From NCBI GenBank assembly GCA_041165905.1, contig JBEAMP010000052.1, positions 1-50,341 on the forward strand: 50,341 bases of DNA. The letters run 5' to 3'. How positions within the stretch are numbered: position 1 is the stretch's first letter; each line of letters opens with the position of its first letter. A model generated the notes under the pieces. The model was not told the DNA's origin, ran no database searches, and saw only the letters and a program-made list of their open reading frames with translations. Source of the DNA: Actinomycetota bacterium (lineage in GTDB: Bacteria > Actinomycetota > Actinomycetes > Nanopelagicales > Nanopelagicaceae). This document shows positions 1-12,140 of this stretch, piece by piece. Both the position numbers and the translations under genes were made by a program.

Positions 1-207
<207 letters not shown>

Positions 208-307
208 AAAGTTGCTACGCGTCCACTGTGTAGCTCTCGAGATACGGTCGAGAGCTACGAAACGAAAATGAAAAACTTTTCGATTTAAGCTAAGACATCT
301 CAATAGT
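208..307 (+). other. 23S-5S internal transcribed spacer with a perfect 11-bp hairpin (GTAGCTCTCGA 230-240 / TCGAGAGCTAC 248-258)
   Basis: Lies between the two rRNA genes. I read the hairpin directly; it is plausibly a processing stem. Confidence 0.6.
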
Positions 308-426
308 GTTTCGGCGGCCATATCGAGAGGGAAACACCCGGTCCCATTCCGAACCCGGAAGTTAAGCCTCTCAGAGTCGATGGTACTGCAAGGGGGACCT
401 TGTGGGAGAGTAGAACGCCGCCGGAC
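308..426 (+). rRNA. rrf: 5S rRNA (about 119 nt)
   Basis: GTTTCGGCGGCCATA...CCCGGTCCCATTCCGAACCCGGAAGTTAAGCC...GGGAGAGTAGAACGCCGCCGGAC. This is the typical actinobacterial 5S pattern, and the 5' and 3' ends pair. Confidence 0.92.
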
Positions 427-435
427 TTCTTTTAT

Positions 436-476
436 AAAAAGGGGATATCTTCACTGATATCCCCTTTTTTATTTTT
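436..476 (+). terminator. Rho-independent terminator of the rRNA operon
   Basis: Stem GGGGATATC (441-449), loop TTCACT, stem GATATCCCC (456-464), then a T-run. An A-run sits upstream. Confidence 0.85.
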
Positions 477-484
477 CAAACTAG

Positions 485-521
485 GAAAATAAATTAAGAA
501 AATAAATTAATAAAATTAAAT
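485..521. repeat. Tandem 13-bp AT-rich repeat: GAAAATAAATTAA twice, plus a degenerate third copy
   Basis: Identical copies at 485-497 and 498-510, followed by TAAAATTAAAT at 511-521. Located between the 5S terminator and the first CDS. Confidence 0.7.
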
Positions 522-547
522 AGCGTGAAGAGTTAAAGGAAAAGAAA

Positions 548-1474
548 ATGGAAAATTCAAATCGTCGTTCAGGCGGATCATCAGGTTCTTCAGATCGTCC
601 ACGACGAAATTCCGGAGGTTCTAATAATTCAAAGAGAAACTCTTCACGACCTGCGCGTGATGGTGAATTTAAGCCACGTCGTCCACGCCCAGAAGGTAAA
701 GATGGTGAAAAACGTTCATTTTCACGCTCAAATAACGCTGCTTTTAAGCCAAAAGGAGAGCGTCGCGGTGATCGTTCATTAGATAATAGAAAGAAAGACG
801 ATCGTCGTCCAATTAATAAAGATTTTTCAAAAGATCCGATTATTCCTGATGGAATTACAGGAGAAGAGTTAGATAAAGTCACGCGCGGAGATTTATTAAC
901 GTTAAGCGCTGAAAATGCAAAGGTAGTTTCACAGCACTTAGTTTGCGTAAATGCATATTCAGAGAGCGAACCAGAATTAGCGCACGAACACGCACAAGCT
1001 GCTGTACGTCACGCAGGCCGCGTTGCGGTAGTTCGTGAAACAGCAGGATACGCTGCATATCGAGTTGGTAAATATGAGATTGCAATTAAGGATTTGAAAG
1101 CTGCATTTCGTATCAATGGTGATGTTTCTATCTGGCCAGTTCTTGCAGATTGCGAACGAGGGTTAGGTAAACCAAGAAAAGCTCTGGAATTAGCTGGAGC
1201 AGCTGAAGCGAAAAAACTTCAAAAAGAGCAGGCTATCGAACTACGAATTGTTGCCGCTGGCGCACGTCGTGATCTTGGGGAATTTGAAGCTGCAGTGGTT
1301 ACTTTGCAAACTAATGACTTAAATACAGAGAATGACTCTTGGGCTATCAGACTTCGCTATGCGTATGCAGATGCGCTAGATGCAGCAGGGCGAAAAGAGG
1401 AAGCGCGAAAATGGTTTGCAAAATGTGCAGCTATTGATACAAATGAAGTAACCGACGCAGCCGAACGTTCCTAA
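548..1474 (+). CDS. Helical-repeat (TPR-like) protein with an N-terminal Arg/Ser/Gly/Lys-rich disordered region of about 100 aa
   Basis: 308-aa ORF with a purine-rich stretch (AAAGGAAAAG) just upstream of the ATG. The C-terminal 200 aa are alanine-rich helical repeats. By position it corresponds to the TPR protein upstream of tlyA in mycobacteria (Rv1691-like, from memory). Confidence 0.7.
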   Translation: MENSNRRSGGSSGSSDRPRRNSGGSNNSKRNSSRPARDGEFKPRRPRPEGKDGEKRSFSRSNNAAFKPKGERRGDRSLDNRKKDDRRPINKDFSKDPIIPDGITGEELDKVTRGDLLTLSAENAKVVSQHLVCVNAYSESEPELAHEHAQAAVRHAGRVAVVRETAGYAAYRVGKYEIAIKDLKAAFRINGDVSIWPVLADCERGLGKPRKALELAGAAEAKKLQKEQAIELRIVAAGARRDLGEFEAAVVTLQTNDLNTENDSWAIRLRYAYADALDAAGRKEEARKWFAKCAAIDTNEVTDAAERS

Positions 1475-1560
1475 CTCTGTTAATAACTATATAACTCTGT
1501 CCTCGCTCTATTCCAAGATTGCTCCAATAAGGCAATTGAGCAGATGGAGGTCTAATAGAA

Positions 1561-1887
1561 ATGGCAGAGCAGAGCACAGTAGAAGAGATCGATTACTCGT
1601 TAAATGATGTTGCGCTAAGGGGTTGGGTCACAACAATCGCAACTGAGCGTGAGCTACCTAGCGGCGATGTTGTAGTGCAATTTCGAATTGCAATCACCCG
1701 AAGTGAAGGTGGCGTTGACACCATAGACCTGGAAAGTTGGAGCGCTAAAACAAGGCGAACCGCGCTCTCTTTAAAAGATGGAGAATGGGTAGAGATTTCC
1801 GGCTCTATTAGGCGGCGTTTCTGGAAAAGCGCTTCAGGACTTGCAAGCCGTTGGCAGGTTGTAACTAACGAAATTAAGCGTATTTAG
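1561..1887 (+). CDS. Small OB-fold, SSB-like protein lacking the acidic C-terminal tail
   Basis: 108-aa ORF. The pattern V.L.G.V....REL.SG..V..F.I......D..DL..W.......L..G..V.I.G....R.W resembles SSB/PriB OB folds. This is a sequence impression only. Confidence 0.55.
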   Translation: MAEQSTVEEIDYSLNDVALRGWVTTIATERELPSGDVVVQFRIAITRSEGGVDTIDLESWSAKTRRTALSLKDGEWVEISGSIRRRFWKSASGLASRWQVVTNEIKRI

Positions 1888-1925
1888 GTAAATTCATAGA
1901 GCAGCTAAGGCGGTAAAGTTATCGC

Positions 1926-2294
1926 GTGGCTATTAAAGATCTACGCGATAACTTAAAGCGTTTAAAGGATTCAGATCCAGTTGAACTTGCAGGTCAAGTC
2001 AACAATTGGATTCAAGAAAGTGGCGAAGCGCTCCGTCTTCGTATTGAAGATGAAGTCGAAAAGGCTGTCACCAAAAGAGGCTTTGTTAAAAAAACAGATT
2101 TTCAGAAGTTAGAAGCTCGTATAGCAGCTTTAGAAGGAAAACCAGTTAACAAATCCAAAAGTGGCAAGAGCGGCAAGAGTGGACAGAGTGGCAAATCCGG
2201 AAAGTCGGGTAAAGCCGGATCAAATAAAATTGTTAAAAAGCGCGCAACAAGCAGGACAAGCAGGACAGGAAAGTCAGGGAGGTCAGGAAAATGA
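1926..2294 (+). CDS. Coiled-coil protein with a basic (K-S-G)n repeat tail
   Basis: 122-aa ORF with a GTG start. The N-terminal 70 aa are helical with heptad-like character. The C-terminus reads KSKSGKSGKSGQSGKSGKSGKAGS ... TSRTSRTGKSGRSGK. Confidence 0.6.
   Translation: MAIKDLRDNLKRLKDSDPVELAGQVNNWIQESGEALRLRIEDEVEKAVTKRGFVKKTDFQKLEARIAALEGKPVNKSKSGKSGKSGQSGKSGKSGKAGSNKIVKKRATSRTSRTGKSGRSGK
2151..2291 (+). repeat. In-frame 9-nt periodic coding repeat (AAR-WSN-GGN)n encoding the K-S-G tail
   Basis: aaaagtggcaagagcggcaagagtggacagagtggcaaatccggaaagtcgggtaaagccgga, then caggacaagcaggacaggaaagtcagggaggtcaggaaaa. Confidence 0.7.
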
Positions 2295-2428
2295 GCCAAA
2301 TTAATTTAGATGAAATTCGCGCAGAGCTCTCATCAATTGAAGGTTCTGATCTGCCAGAGCATGTTGCACGATATGAAGCTCTTCATGCCAAATTAACTGA
2401 AGCGCTAAAGAGTATTGACGAAATCTAA
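2291..2428 (+). CDS. Small 45-aa helical protein (MSQINLDEIRAELSSIEGSDLPEHVARYEALHAKLTEALKSIDEI). It is below the 60-aa cutoff of the ORF track.
   Basis: I translated it by hand. Its ATG overlaps the upstream stop (ATGA at 2291-2294), which suggests translational coupling. It sits where the small conserved ORF upstream of tlyA lies in mycobacteria (Rv1693-like, from memory). Confidence 0.5.
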   Translation: MSQINLDEIRAELSSIEGSDLPEHVARYEALHAKLTEALKSIDEI

Positions 2429-2434
2429 TTTGTA

Positions 2435-3223
2435 ATGAAAAATCGATTAGATTCTGAATTAGTTCGCCGCGGTCTTGCACGTTCGCGTGAAAATGCGGCG
2501 GATTTAATTGAATCTAGATCAGTTCTAGTAAATGGAATTCCTGCCACTAAATCTGCATCGCAAGTAGATGCCGAAACATCAATAGTAATTCAAGGAGAAC
2601 GTGATGATTTCGTATCTAGAGGTGGCCACAAATTAGCCGGAGCTCTCGATGCTTTCCCAGAGATTAAGGTTGAAGGTAAGCGTGCACTAGATGCTGGTGC
2701 ATCTACAGGAGGCTTTACAGATGTGCTACTTCGTCGTGGCGCAACTGAGGTAGTTGCAGTTGATGTTGGCTATGGGCAGTTGGCTTGGGAATTGCGTCAA
2801 GATCCCCGAGTAAAAATTCTAGATCGAACCAACATTCGCCACTTAACTGGCGAACAGGTTGGTCAACCAGTTGATTTAATAGTTGCAGATCTCTCATTTA
2901 TATCTTTGACCCTGGTGCTTCCTGCACTTGCAGCCGTCTCTAAACCAGAGGCTGATTATTTATTAATGGTTAAACCGCAATTTGAAGTTGGGCGTGAACA
3001 ATTAGGTGCAGGTGGCGTAGTTCGTGATTCAGCGCTTAGAAAAGCTGCAGTCTTAGATGTAGCAGATAGCGCTTTTGATGTCGGTCTTGGCACATTAGGA
3101 ATTGTCGCATCTTCGCTACCAGGACCTGCTGGAAATGTTGAATATTTCTTATGGTTACGTCGTGGAGCAGGAGAGATCAATGAATCTGATTTGGATGCAG
3201 CAATAGCGATCGGACCGCAATGA
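2435..3223 (+). CDS. tlyA: TlyA-family 16S/23S rRNA (cytidine-2'-O)-methyltransferase
   Basis: S4 domain N-terminus (RLDSELVRRGLARSRENAADLI) plus an FtsJ-like SAM fold (LDAGASTGGFTDVLL). Synteny with nadK-recN. Confidence 0.9.
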   Translation: MKNRLDSELVRRGLARSRENAADLIESRSVLVNGIPATKSASQVDAETSIVIQGERDDFVSRGGHKLAGALDAFPEIKVEGKRALDAGASTGGFTDVLLRRGATEVVAVDVGYGQLAWELRQDPRVKILDRTNIRHLTGEQVGQPVDLIVADLSFISLTLVLPALAAVSKPEADYLLMVKPQFEVGREQLGAGGVVRDSALRKAAVLDVADSAFDVGLGTLGIVASSLPGPAGNVEYFLWLRRGAGEINESDLDAAIAIGPQ

Positions 3224-4009
3224 TGGCAAGCCAAAAACGAAAAGCTATTTTTATAGTTAATAGAAATCGCCAAGAAGCGATTGATGCAGAGAGCAAAATT
3301 AAATCCTTTTTAACGGAGTTTGAATTCGTTGAAGATGCTGACGCAGAGATTGTTATCGTTTTAGGTGGCGATGGAACGATATTGCGTGGCGCAGTAGTAG
3401 CCAGACGTTTAGGTGTTCCATTGCTTGGCATAAATCTTGGTCGTGTTGGTTTTATGGCTGAAGTTGAAAAGAGCTCTTACGAAGAGATTGCAGAAGCAAT
3501 CATTAAAAAAACCTATGTTATTGAACCTCGTTTAATTCTTGAGTATGAAATCGAACGTGGTGGAAAAAGTACCGCTAGCGGATGGGCGCTAAATGAAGTA
3601 ACCATCGAATGCGAACAAGGAACGATGATCGAACTTCTTTTGCAGATAGATGGTCGACCAATTAGTAGCTGGTGGGCAGATGGTTTGATTGTGGCAACTC
3701 CTACAGGTTCAACTGCATATGCTTTTAGTGTAGGCGGCCCGATAATTTGGCCACAAACAGATGCGCTAGTCGTAACCCCAATTGCTGCTCATGCACTTTT
3801 TACTCGACCATTAGTGATTCCACCATCATCAGATATCGCGATAGATATTCTTTCAGAGGATGGAATTGTTAAGGCAGATGCGCTCAGATTCGATGGCTTG
3901 TTAGTTGGAGATCGTGTAAAAGTTAAACGTGCTAACGATCCAATTAAATTAGCTCACGTTAGAAGTTCGAATTTCAGTGATCGTTTAGTGGCTAAATTTA
4001 AATTACCAA

Positions 4010-4032
<23 letters not shown>
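3220..4032 (+). CDS. nadK: NAD kinase
   Basis: GGDGT motif (VIVLGGDGTILRGA) and NEV...TPTGSTAY motifs. 4-nt ATGA overlap with tlyA. Confidence 0.93.
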
Positions 4033-7383
<3,351 letters not shown>

Positions 7384-7387
7384 CCTA

Positions 7388-8491
7388 ATGATTATTGGCG
7401 TACCAAAGGAAATCAAAACTTTAGAGGCCCGTGTTGCGCTAACTCCTGCAGGTGTTCGTGAATTCATCAAAAACGGCCATAAGGTAATTATCGAAAGCGA
7501 TGCAGGTTTAGGTTCTGCGATTACAAACGCTGATTTCATTGCCGAAGGTGCGGAGATTGCACCAGATGCACATAGCGTTTGGGAAAAAGCCGAAATGATC
7601 ATGAAAGTTAAGGAACCGCTTCCTGCAGAGTACCCGTTGATGAAGAAGGGGCAGATTCTTTATACCTACTTACATCTTGCCGCATCAAAAGAGTGCACTG
7701 ATGCGCTAATCAAAGCAGGGAATATTGCAATCGCATATGAAACTGTTGAAGTAAATGGACAACTGCCACTTCTTGCACCAATGTCTGAAGTAGCCGGTCG
7801 TCTATCAACTCAGGTTGGTGCAACCGCGCTACAAAAGCCAAATGGTGGTCGAGGCGTACTTCTAGGTGGAGTTCCTGGTGTACGTCCAGGAAAAGTAGTG
7901 GTTATCGGTGGCGGAGTAGCTGGATTAAATGCAGCGGTAATGGCCAGAGGTTTAGGTGCTGATGTAACAATTCTTGATCGCAGCATCAATCGCTTGCAGT
8001 ATATAGATTCACTATATAGTGGCAATATAAAAACTTTAATGTCTACTGATCATGCAATTGAACAGGAAGTTATTGCCGCTGATCTAGTAATCGGAGCCGT
8101 ATTGATTCATGGTGCGAAAGCTCCCAAATTAGTAAGTAATTCACTAGTTGCAAAGATGAAGCACGGTTCAGTTTTAGTCGATATTGCAATTGATCAAGGT
8201 GGTTGTTTTGAGGATTCCCGACCAACAACTCACGCCGAGCCAACTTATAAAGTACATAATTCAATTTTTTACTGTGTTGCAAATATGCCAGGTGCAGTCC
8301 CAGTTGCCTCAACTTACGCGCTTACAAATGCAACTCTGCCATATGCGATTACGATTGCGAATAAGGGCTGGAAGAAGGCGCTGAGCGAAAATAATGATTT
8401 AGCGAAGGGCTTAAATGTTTGCGAAGGTAAAGTTGTTTACGAAGCGGTAGCAACGGCCCATGGATATCCATACACTCAATTCATTTATTGA
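7388..8491 (+). CDS. ald: Alanine dehydrogenase
   Basis: [21 protein letters not shown]-terminus and a Rossmann motif ([14 protein letters not shown]). Confidence 0.93.
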   Translation: MIIGVPKEIKTLEARVALTPAGVREFIKNGHKVIIESDAGLGSAITNADFIAEGAEIAPDAHSVWEKAEMIMKVKEPLPAEYPLMKKGQILYTYLHLAASKECTDALIKAGNIAIAYETVEVNGQLPLLAPMSEVAGRLSTQVGATALQKPNGGRGVLLGGVPGVRPGKVVVIGGGVAGLNAAVMARGLGADVTILDRSINRLQYIDSLYSGNIKTLMSTDHAIEQEVIAADLVIGAVLIHGAKAPKLVSNSLVAKMKHGSVLVDIAIDQGGCFEDSRPTTHAEPTYKVHNSIFYCVANMPGAVPVASTYALTNATLPYAITIANKGWKKALSENNDLAKGLNVCEGKVVYEAVATAHGYPYTQFIY

Positions 8492-9338
8492 TTATCTGCG
8501 TGTAGAAAAAGGCGCAGCTGCAAATACAATTGCGGCCTATCGCCGTGATTTAACTAGATATCTAAATTGGCGGGTTAATAACCCAGAAAGCCCTATTAAA
8601 GAGTACGCATTCTCTCTTAAAGATTTAGCTCCATCTTCTTTGGAACGAAATTACAGTGCAGTTAGATCTTTTCATAAATATTTAAATCGAGAATTTAACA
8701 TATCCGATCCAACTGATGATTTGCCAGAGACCGGGAAAAGGCAGCGTTTGCCTAAAGCTTTGACAGTTGAAGAGACCACTAAATTAATAGAAGCCGGGAA
8801 AGATCCAAGTCAATCTATTTCATTAAGAGATTATTTGCTCCTCGAACTTCTCTACAGTACTGGTGCCCGAGTTTCTGAAGTAGTCGGAATAAATCTCTCT
8901 GATATTTCGGAAAATGTCGTAAATGGCGAGTCGATTTGGGTTTTAAAGCTTCGCGGGAAAGGTGGAAAAGAGCGGATCGTTCCACTGGGTACGTACGCTA
9001 AGAGCGCAATTGATGATTATTTAGTTCGAACCAGGCCTTCACTTTTAAAGAAATTAAATGAGAATGCGCTCTTTTTAAATAACCGCGGAACTAGATTATC
9101 TAGAGTAAGTGCATGGGAGATAGTTAAAAGTGCTGCTGAGAAGTCAGGACTTACGTCAAAGGTAACTCCGCACGTATTTAGACATTCATATGCAACCCAT
9201 CTATTAGATGGTGGGGCAGATATTAGAGTGGTCCAAGAGCTCCTAGGACACGCATCAGTAACAACTACTCAGATATATACATTGATAACAATAGATAAGG
9301 TGCGCGAGTCATATCGACTAGCGCACCCTAGAGCTTAG
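8460..9338 (+). CDS. xerD: Tyrosine site-specific recombinase, XerD by synteny
   Basis: N-terminal SAM-like domain and a C-terminal catalytic R..HxxR..Y region ([37 protein letters not shown]). Overlaps ald by 32 nt. The XerC versus XerD assignment rests on synteny only. Confidence 0.85.
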   Translation: MDIHTLNSFIDYLRVEKGAAANTIAAYRRDLTRYLNWRVNNPESPIKEYAFSLKDLAPSSLERNYSAVRSFHKYLNREFNISDPTDDLPETGKRQRLPKALTVEETTKLIEAGKDPSQSISLRDYLLLELLYSTGARVSEVVGINLSDISENVVNGESIWVLKLRGKGGKERIVPLGTYAKSAIDDYLVRTRPSLLKKLNENALFLNNRGTRLSRVSAWEIVKSAAEKSGLTSKVTPHVFRHSYATHLLDGGADIRVVQELLGHASVTTTQIYTLITIDKVRESYRLAHPRA

Positions 9339-9351
9339 TTAAATTATTTTT

Positions 9352-9747
9352 TTACAAACCGCGAAGACGACGAGCAAGAATTGAGTTTTCGCCCTTGGCC
9401 TCTAAGTCAGAGATTATTACTGCAAGAGATTCGCGAACAATGCGTCCGCGATCTGCTGCTAATCCAAGATCTCCTCGAAGCAAGATTCTTGCTTGATCTA
9501 AATCGAAAAGTTCATCTGGTGATAAGTAGACTGTAATTTTTTCATCATGGCGTTCGCGACCTGATGGAGTGCGAGCGGTAGTTGCGCGGCGACGTTGCGT
9601 CTGACGCACTGCACCACTTTTCTTTGCAGGCTTTGTTGCTTCAATCGGCATCACTGCATCTTCTGTTGCAACCACATCAGGAACTGAAACTAATGGTTTA
9701 GCTCTAAATAATTCATCTGCACCTGGCAGGGAAGCGCGGCGGCTCAT
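9352..9747 (-). CDS. Small basic protein with a C-terminal ribbon-helix-helix-like segment, coupled to the ParA-like gene
   Basis: 131-aa ORF whose start overlaps the upstream stop (ATGA). The N-terminal half is disordered and Arg-rich. The C-terminus (KITVYLSPDELFDLDQARILL....RGRIVRESLAVIISDL) has a beta-alpha-alpha look. Confidence 0.6.
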   Translation of the reverse strand: MSRRASLPGADELFRAKPLVSVPDVVATEDAVMPIEATKPAKKSGAVRQTQRRRATTARTPSGRERHDEKITVYLSPDELFDLDQARILLRGDLGLAADRGRIVRESLAVIISDLEAKGENSILARRLRGL

Positions 9748-10625
9748 TTAGCTCCTCCTCGAGAGATAAGTTCGCGTGCTAAGCGACGATAAGCATTGGC
9801 TGCACCAGAATTCTGCGCATATTGAACGATAGGTTCGCCTTTGACTGAACTCTCAGAGAAGCGAATTGTTTTAGCAATGATAGTTTCAAAGGTATCCTCT
9901 GGAAATTGTTCGACAATTCGCGCTAATACTTCGCGATTATGAACAGCACGTCGATCATACATAGTTGCCAGAATTCCAGAGAGCTTCAAATCAGGATTTA
10001 GCGCTTGACGCACCTTATTTAAATTGTTATTTAATTCAATGAATCCATGAAGTGAGAACCATTCACATTGCAAAGGTACGATAACTTCATCTGAAGCAAC
10101 CAACGCGTTAATTGCCAATTGACCCATAGTTGGTTGGCAATCAATTAAAATCACATCGTAGAAATCTTTTAACGGATTAAGTACTCGTTTTAAGAAAAAT
10201 TGCGAACCGATCTCTGCACCTAACACTGTTTCGGCGGTAGCTAATTCACGGTTGGCAGGTAGAAAATCTAAGCCGGGCATTGAACTTTTAAGAACAATAT
10301 CTTCAGGATTATGCGATGGATCCATAATCGCGTAATAAACAGTCTCTTCTTTAGGTAATTCATTGCCTCGCACCCCAAGGCCAAGTGTCATGCCGCCCTG
10401 CGGATCGAAATCCACTAATAGAACTCGGCGACCTAGTTCAACTAGCGCTGCACCTAAGTTGATAGTAGTTGTGGTTTTACCAACTCCACCTTTTTGATTA
10501 AAGATTGAGATGACCTTTGCGCCACCATGAGTTGTAAGTGGCGTTGGATTAGGAAGAGTCTTTGCTTCTGAATCTGTTAAAGATGCAGTTGTTACAACCT
10601 CTTCAAATGTCGATTTAGCGTTCAA
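9744..10625 (-). CDS. ParA/MinD-family ATPase (orphan chromosomal ParA-like, PldP/Rv1708-type)
   Basis: Deviant Walker A (NQKGGVGKTTTTINLGAAL) and FDPQG. TTG start with an N-terminal extension of about 35 aa; the start is uncertain. Confidence 0.88.
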   Translation of the reverse strand: MNAKSTFEEVVTTASLTDSEAKTLPNPTPLTTHGGAKVISIFNQKGGVGKTTTTINLGAALVELGRRVLLVDFDPQGGMTLGLGVRGNELPKEETVYYAIMDPSHNPEDIVLKSSMPGLDFLPANRELATAETVLGAEIGSQFFLKRVLNPLKDFYDVILIDCQPTMGQLAINALVASDEVIVPLQCEWFSLHGFIELNNNLNKVRQALNPDLKLSGILATMYDRRAVHNREVLARIVEQFPEDTFETIIAKTIRFSESSVKGEPIVQYAQNSGAANAYRRLARELISRGGAK

Positions 10626-10714
10626 GCGTTAAACCTGCCTTTCAAGGTTGAAACCTAGGCGTAAGAGTGCCAATAGGCAAGTTTCTACACGTAATTGCGA
10701 TAGGTTTTGTCGCT

Positions 10715-11602
10715 ATGGAGCTTCTCGAGAATTCTGCTAAAGAGCAGGAAGGTATCGAGAATTCAGGTTTCGCCGTTCATTTAGAGAACTTCGATGGCCC
10801 ATTTGACCTGCTACTTCAATTAATTTCACGTCACAAGATGGATGTGACAGAAGTTGCGCTCTCCATAGTCACAGATGAATTCATCGGCTACATCAGAAAA
10901 CTTGAAGAGAGTGGCAAAGGTTGGCAGCTAGATCAAGCAACCGAATTTTTGGTTATTGCCGCGACCTTGTTAGATCTAAAGGCTGCGAAATTATTACCTC
11001 AAGGTGAAGTTGAGGATGAGGCTGATCTTGCCCTTCTTGAAGCGCGCGATCTGCTCTTTGCGCGCTTACTTCAGTACAGAGCGTTTAAAGAGATTGCGGC
11101 AACTTTTGCAGAACGGATAGCTCTAGCAGAGAAGAGTTTCCCTCGAACCACAGCCTTAGAGGCGCATTTTGCAACTTTGCTTCCAGAAGTTTTAATCGGA
11201 GTTGGCCCCGAGCGTTTTGCGGTTTTAGCTGATCGGGTGCTCTATCCAAAAGCGCCTCCAGTAGTTTCTGTCGAACACATTCATCGCCCTCTTGTTAATG
11301 TTGCCGAACAGACCAAGTTCGTAGCTGCTGCGCTACGTCTTGCAAAATCTCTCTCTTTCCGAGCTCTAATTCACGATGCGGAAGAACCGATGGTTATCGT
11401 CGCTCGCTTTCTTGCTTTGCTAGATCTCTACCGTTCAGGAGCGCTCAGATTTGAGCAATTAGAGGCCTTTACTGACCTCCAGATAAGTTGGGTAGGGCCA
11501 GCTGATGGCGAAATCATCATCTCGGAAGAATTCGATATCCCAGTGGTTTTAGAGAGCGAAAACGGCGAGATTATTGAGAGCAAGGAAAACCCAAATGAAT
11601 GA
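10715..11602 (+). CDS. scpA: Segregation and condensation protein A
   Basis: FDGPFDLLLQLI..HK.D motif. Followed by overlapping scpB. I prefer the ATG at 10715 over the GTG at 10667. Confidence 0.88.
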   Translation: MELLENSAKEQEGIENSGFAVHLENFDGPFDLLLQLISRHKMDVTEVALSIVTDEFIGYIRKLEESGKGWQLDQATEFLVIAATLLDLKAAKLLPQGEVEDEADLALLEARDLLFARLLQYRAFKEIAATFAERIALAEKSFPRTTALEAHFATLLPEVLIGVGPERFAVLADRVLYPKAPPVVSVEHIHRPLVNVAEQTKFVAAALRLAKSLSFRALIHDAEEPMVIVARFLALLDLYRSGALRFEQLEAFTDLQISWVGPADGEIIISEEFDIPVVLESENGEIIESKENPNE

Positions 11603-12140
11603 ATTACACCGTTCTATTGAAGCGATACTCATGGTTGTCGACGAACCAGTAACTGAGACAACCCTGGCTACCATCCTTGAACAGCCGGTAGATGCAATTG
11701 AAGGCGCAATTTCAGAATTGGTTAATAGCTTTGAAGGTCGAGGCTTTGAGCTTAAGAAGATCAACGGGGGATGGCGTTTCTACAGCCATCCAGATCAATC
11801 GAGCGTTGTTGAACGCTTTGTCCTTGATGGCCAGCAGAACCGGCTAACTCAAGCTGCACTTGAGACTTTAGCGGTCATTGCTTACCGCCAACCAATTTCA
11901 AGGGCCAGGGTCTCAGCGATCCGTGGAGTTAATGTAGAGGCAGTTATGAAGACCCTAGTAAATCGCGGCCTTGTAGAGGAATCTGGCCTGGAACATGAAT
12001 CTGGTGCCATTCTCTATAAAACAACTAGCTACTTCCTTGAAAGACTTGGCCTCAATTCAATTGAAGATCTACCAGCGCTGGCCCCTTATCTACCGGATTT
12101 AGCTGCCTTAGACGAGGTATTAGATTCTTTAACCGATTAG
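11595..12140 (+). CDS. scpB: Segregation and condensation protein B
   Basis: IEAILMV.DEP, GGWRF and AALETLAVIAYRQPI.R..V..IRGV motifs. The ATG at 11595 overlaps the scpA stop. Confidence 0.9.
   Translation: MNELHRSIEAILMVVDEPVTETTLATILEQPVDAIEGAISELVNSFEGRGFELKKINGGWRFYSHPDQSSVVERFVLDGQQNRLTQAALETLAVIAYRQPISRARVSAIRGVNVEAVMKTLVNRGLVEESGLEHESGAILYKTTSYFLERLGLNSIEDLPALAPYLPDLAALDEVLDSLTD

Noticed and set aside
481-882. Antisense or alternative-frame ORFs from the track. Examples: 481-882, 2102-2299, 2956-3273, 4003-4341, 13501-13965, 30388-30789, 43912-44250, 44314-44703, 44911-45519, 47184-47567.
   Set aside because: Each lies fully inside, or mostly opposite, a strongly recognisable conserved gene. 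Each has low-complexity or Arg/Ser/Pro-rich composition typical of shadow ORFs. None shows family motifs.
3966-3983. LexA/SOS-box-like TTCGAATTTCAGTGATCG upstream of recN.
   Set aside because: It matches the actinobacterial TCGAAC-N4-GTTCGA consensus only in the left half. The right half is poor. It also lies within the nadK coding sequence.
10823-10836. parS-like half site ATTTCACGTCACAA inside scpA, and GTTTCTACACGT at 10681-10692.
   Set aside because: Only one arm resembles TGTTTCACGTGAAACA, and the palindrome is broken. This is not enough to call a ParB site.
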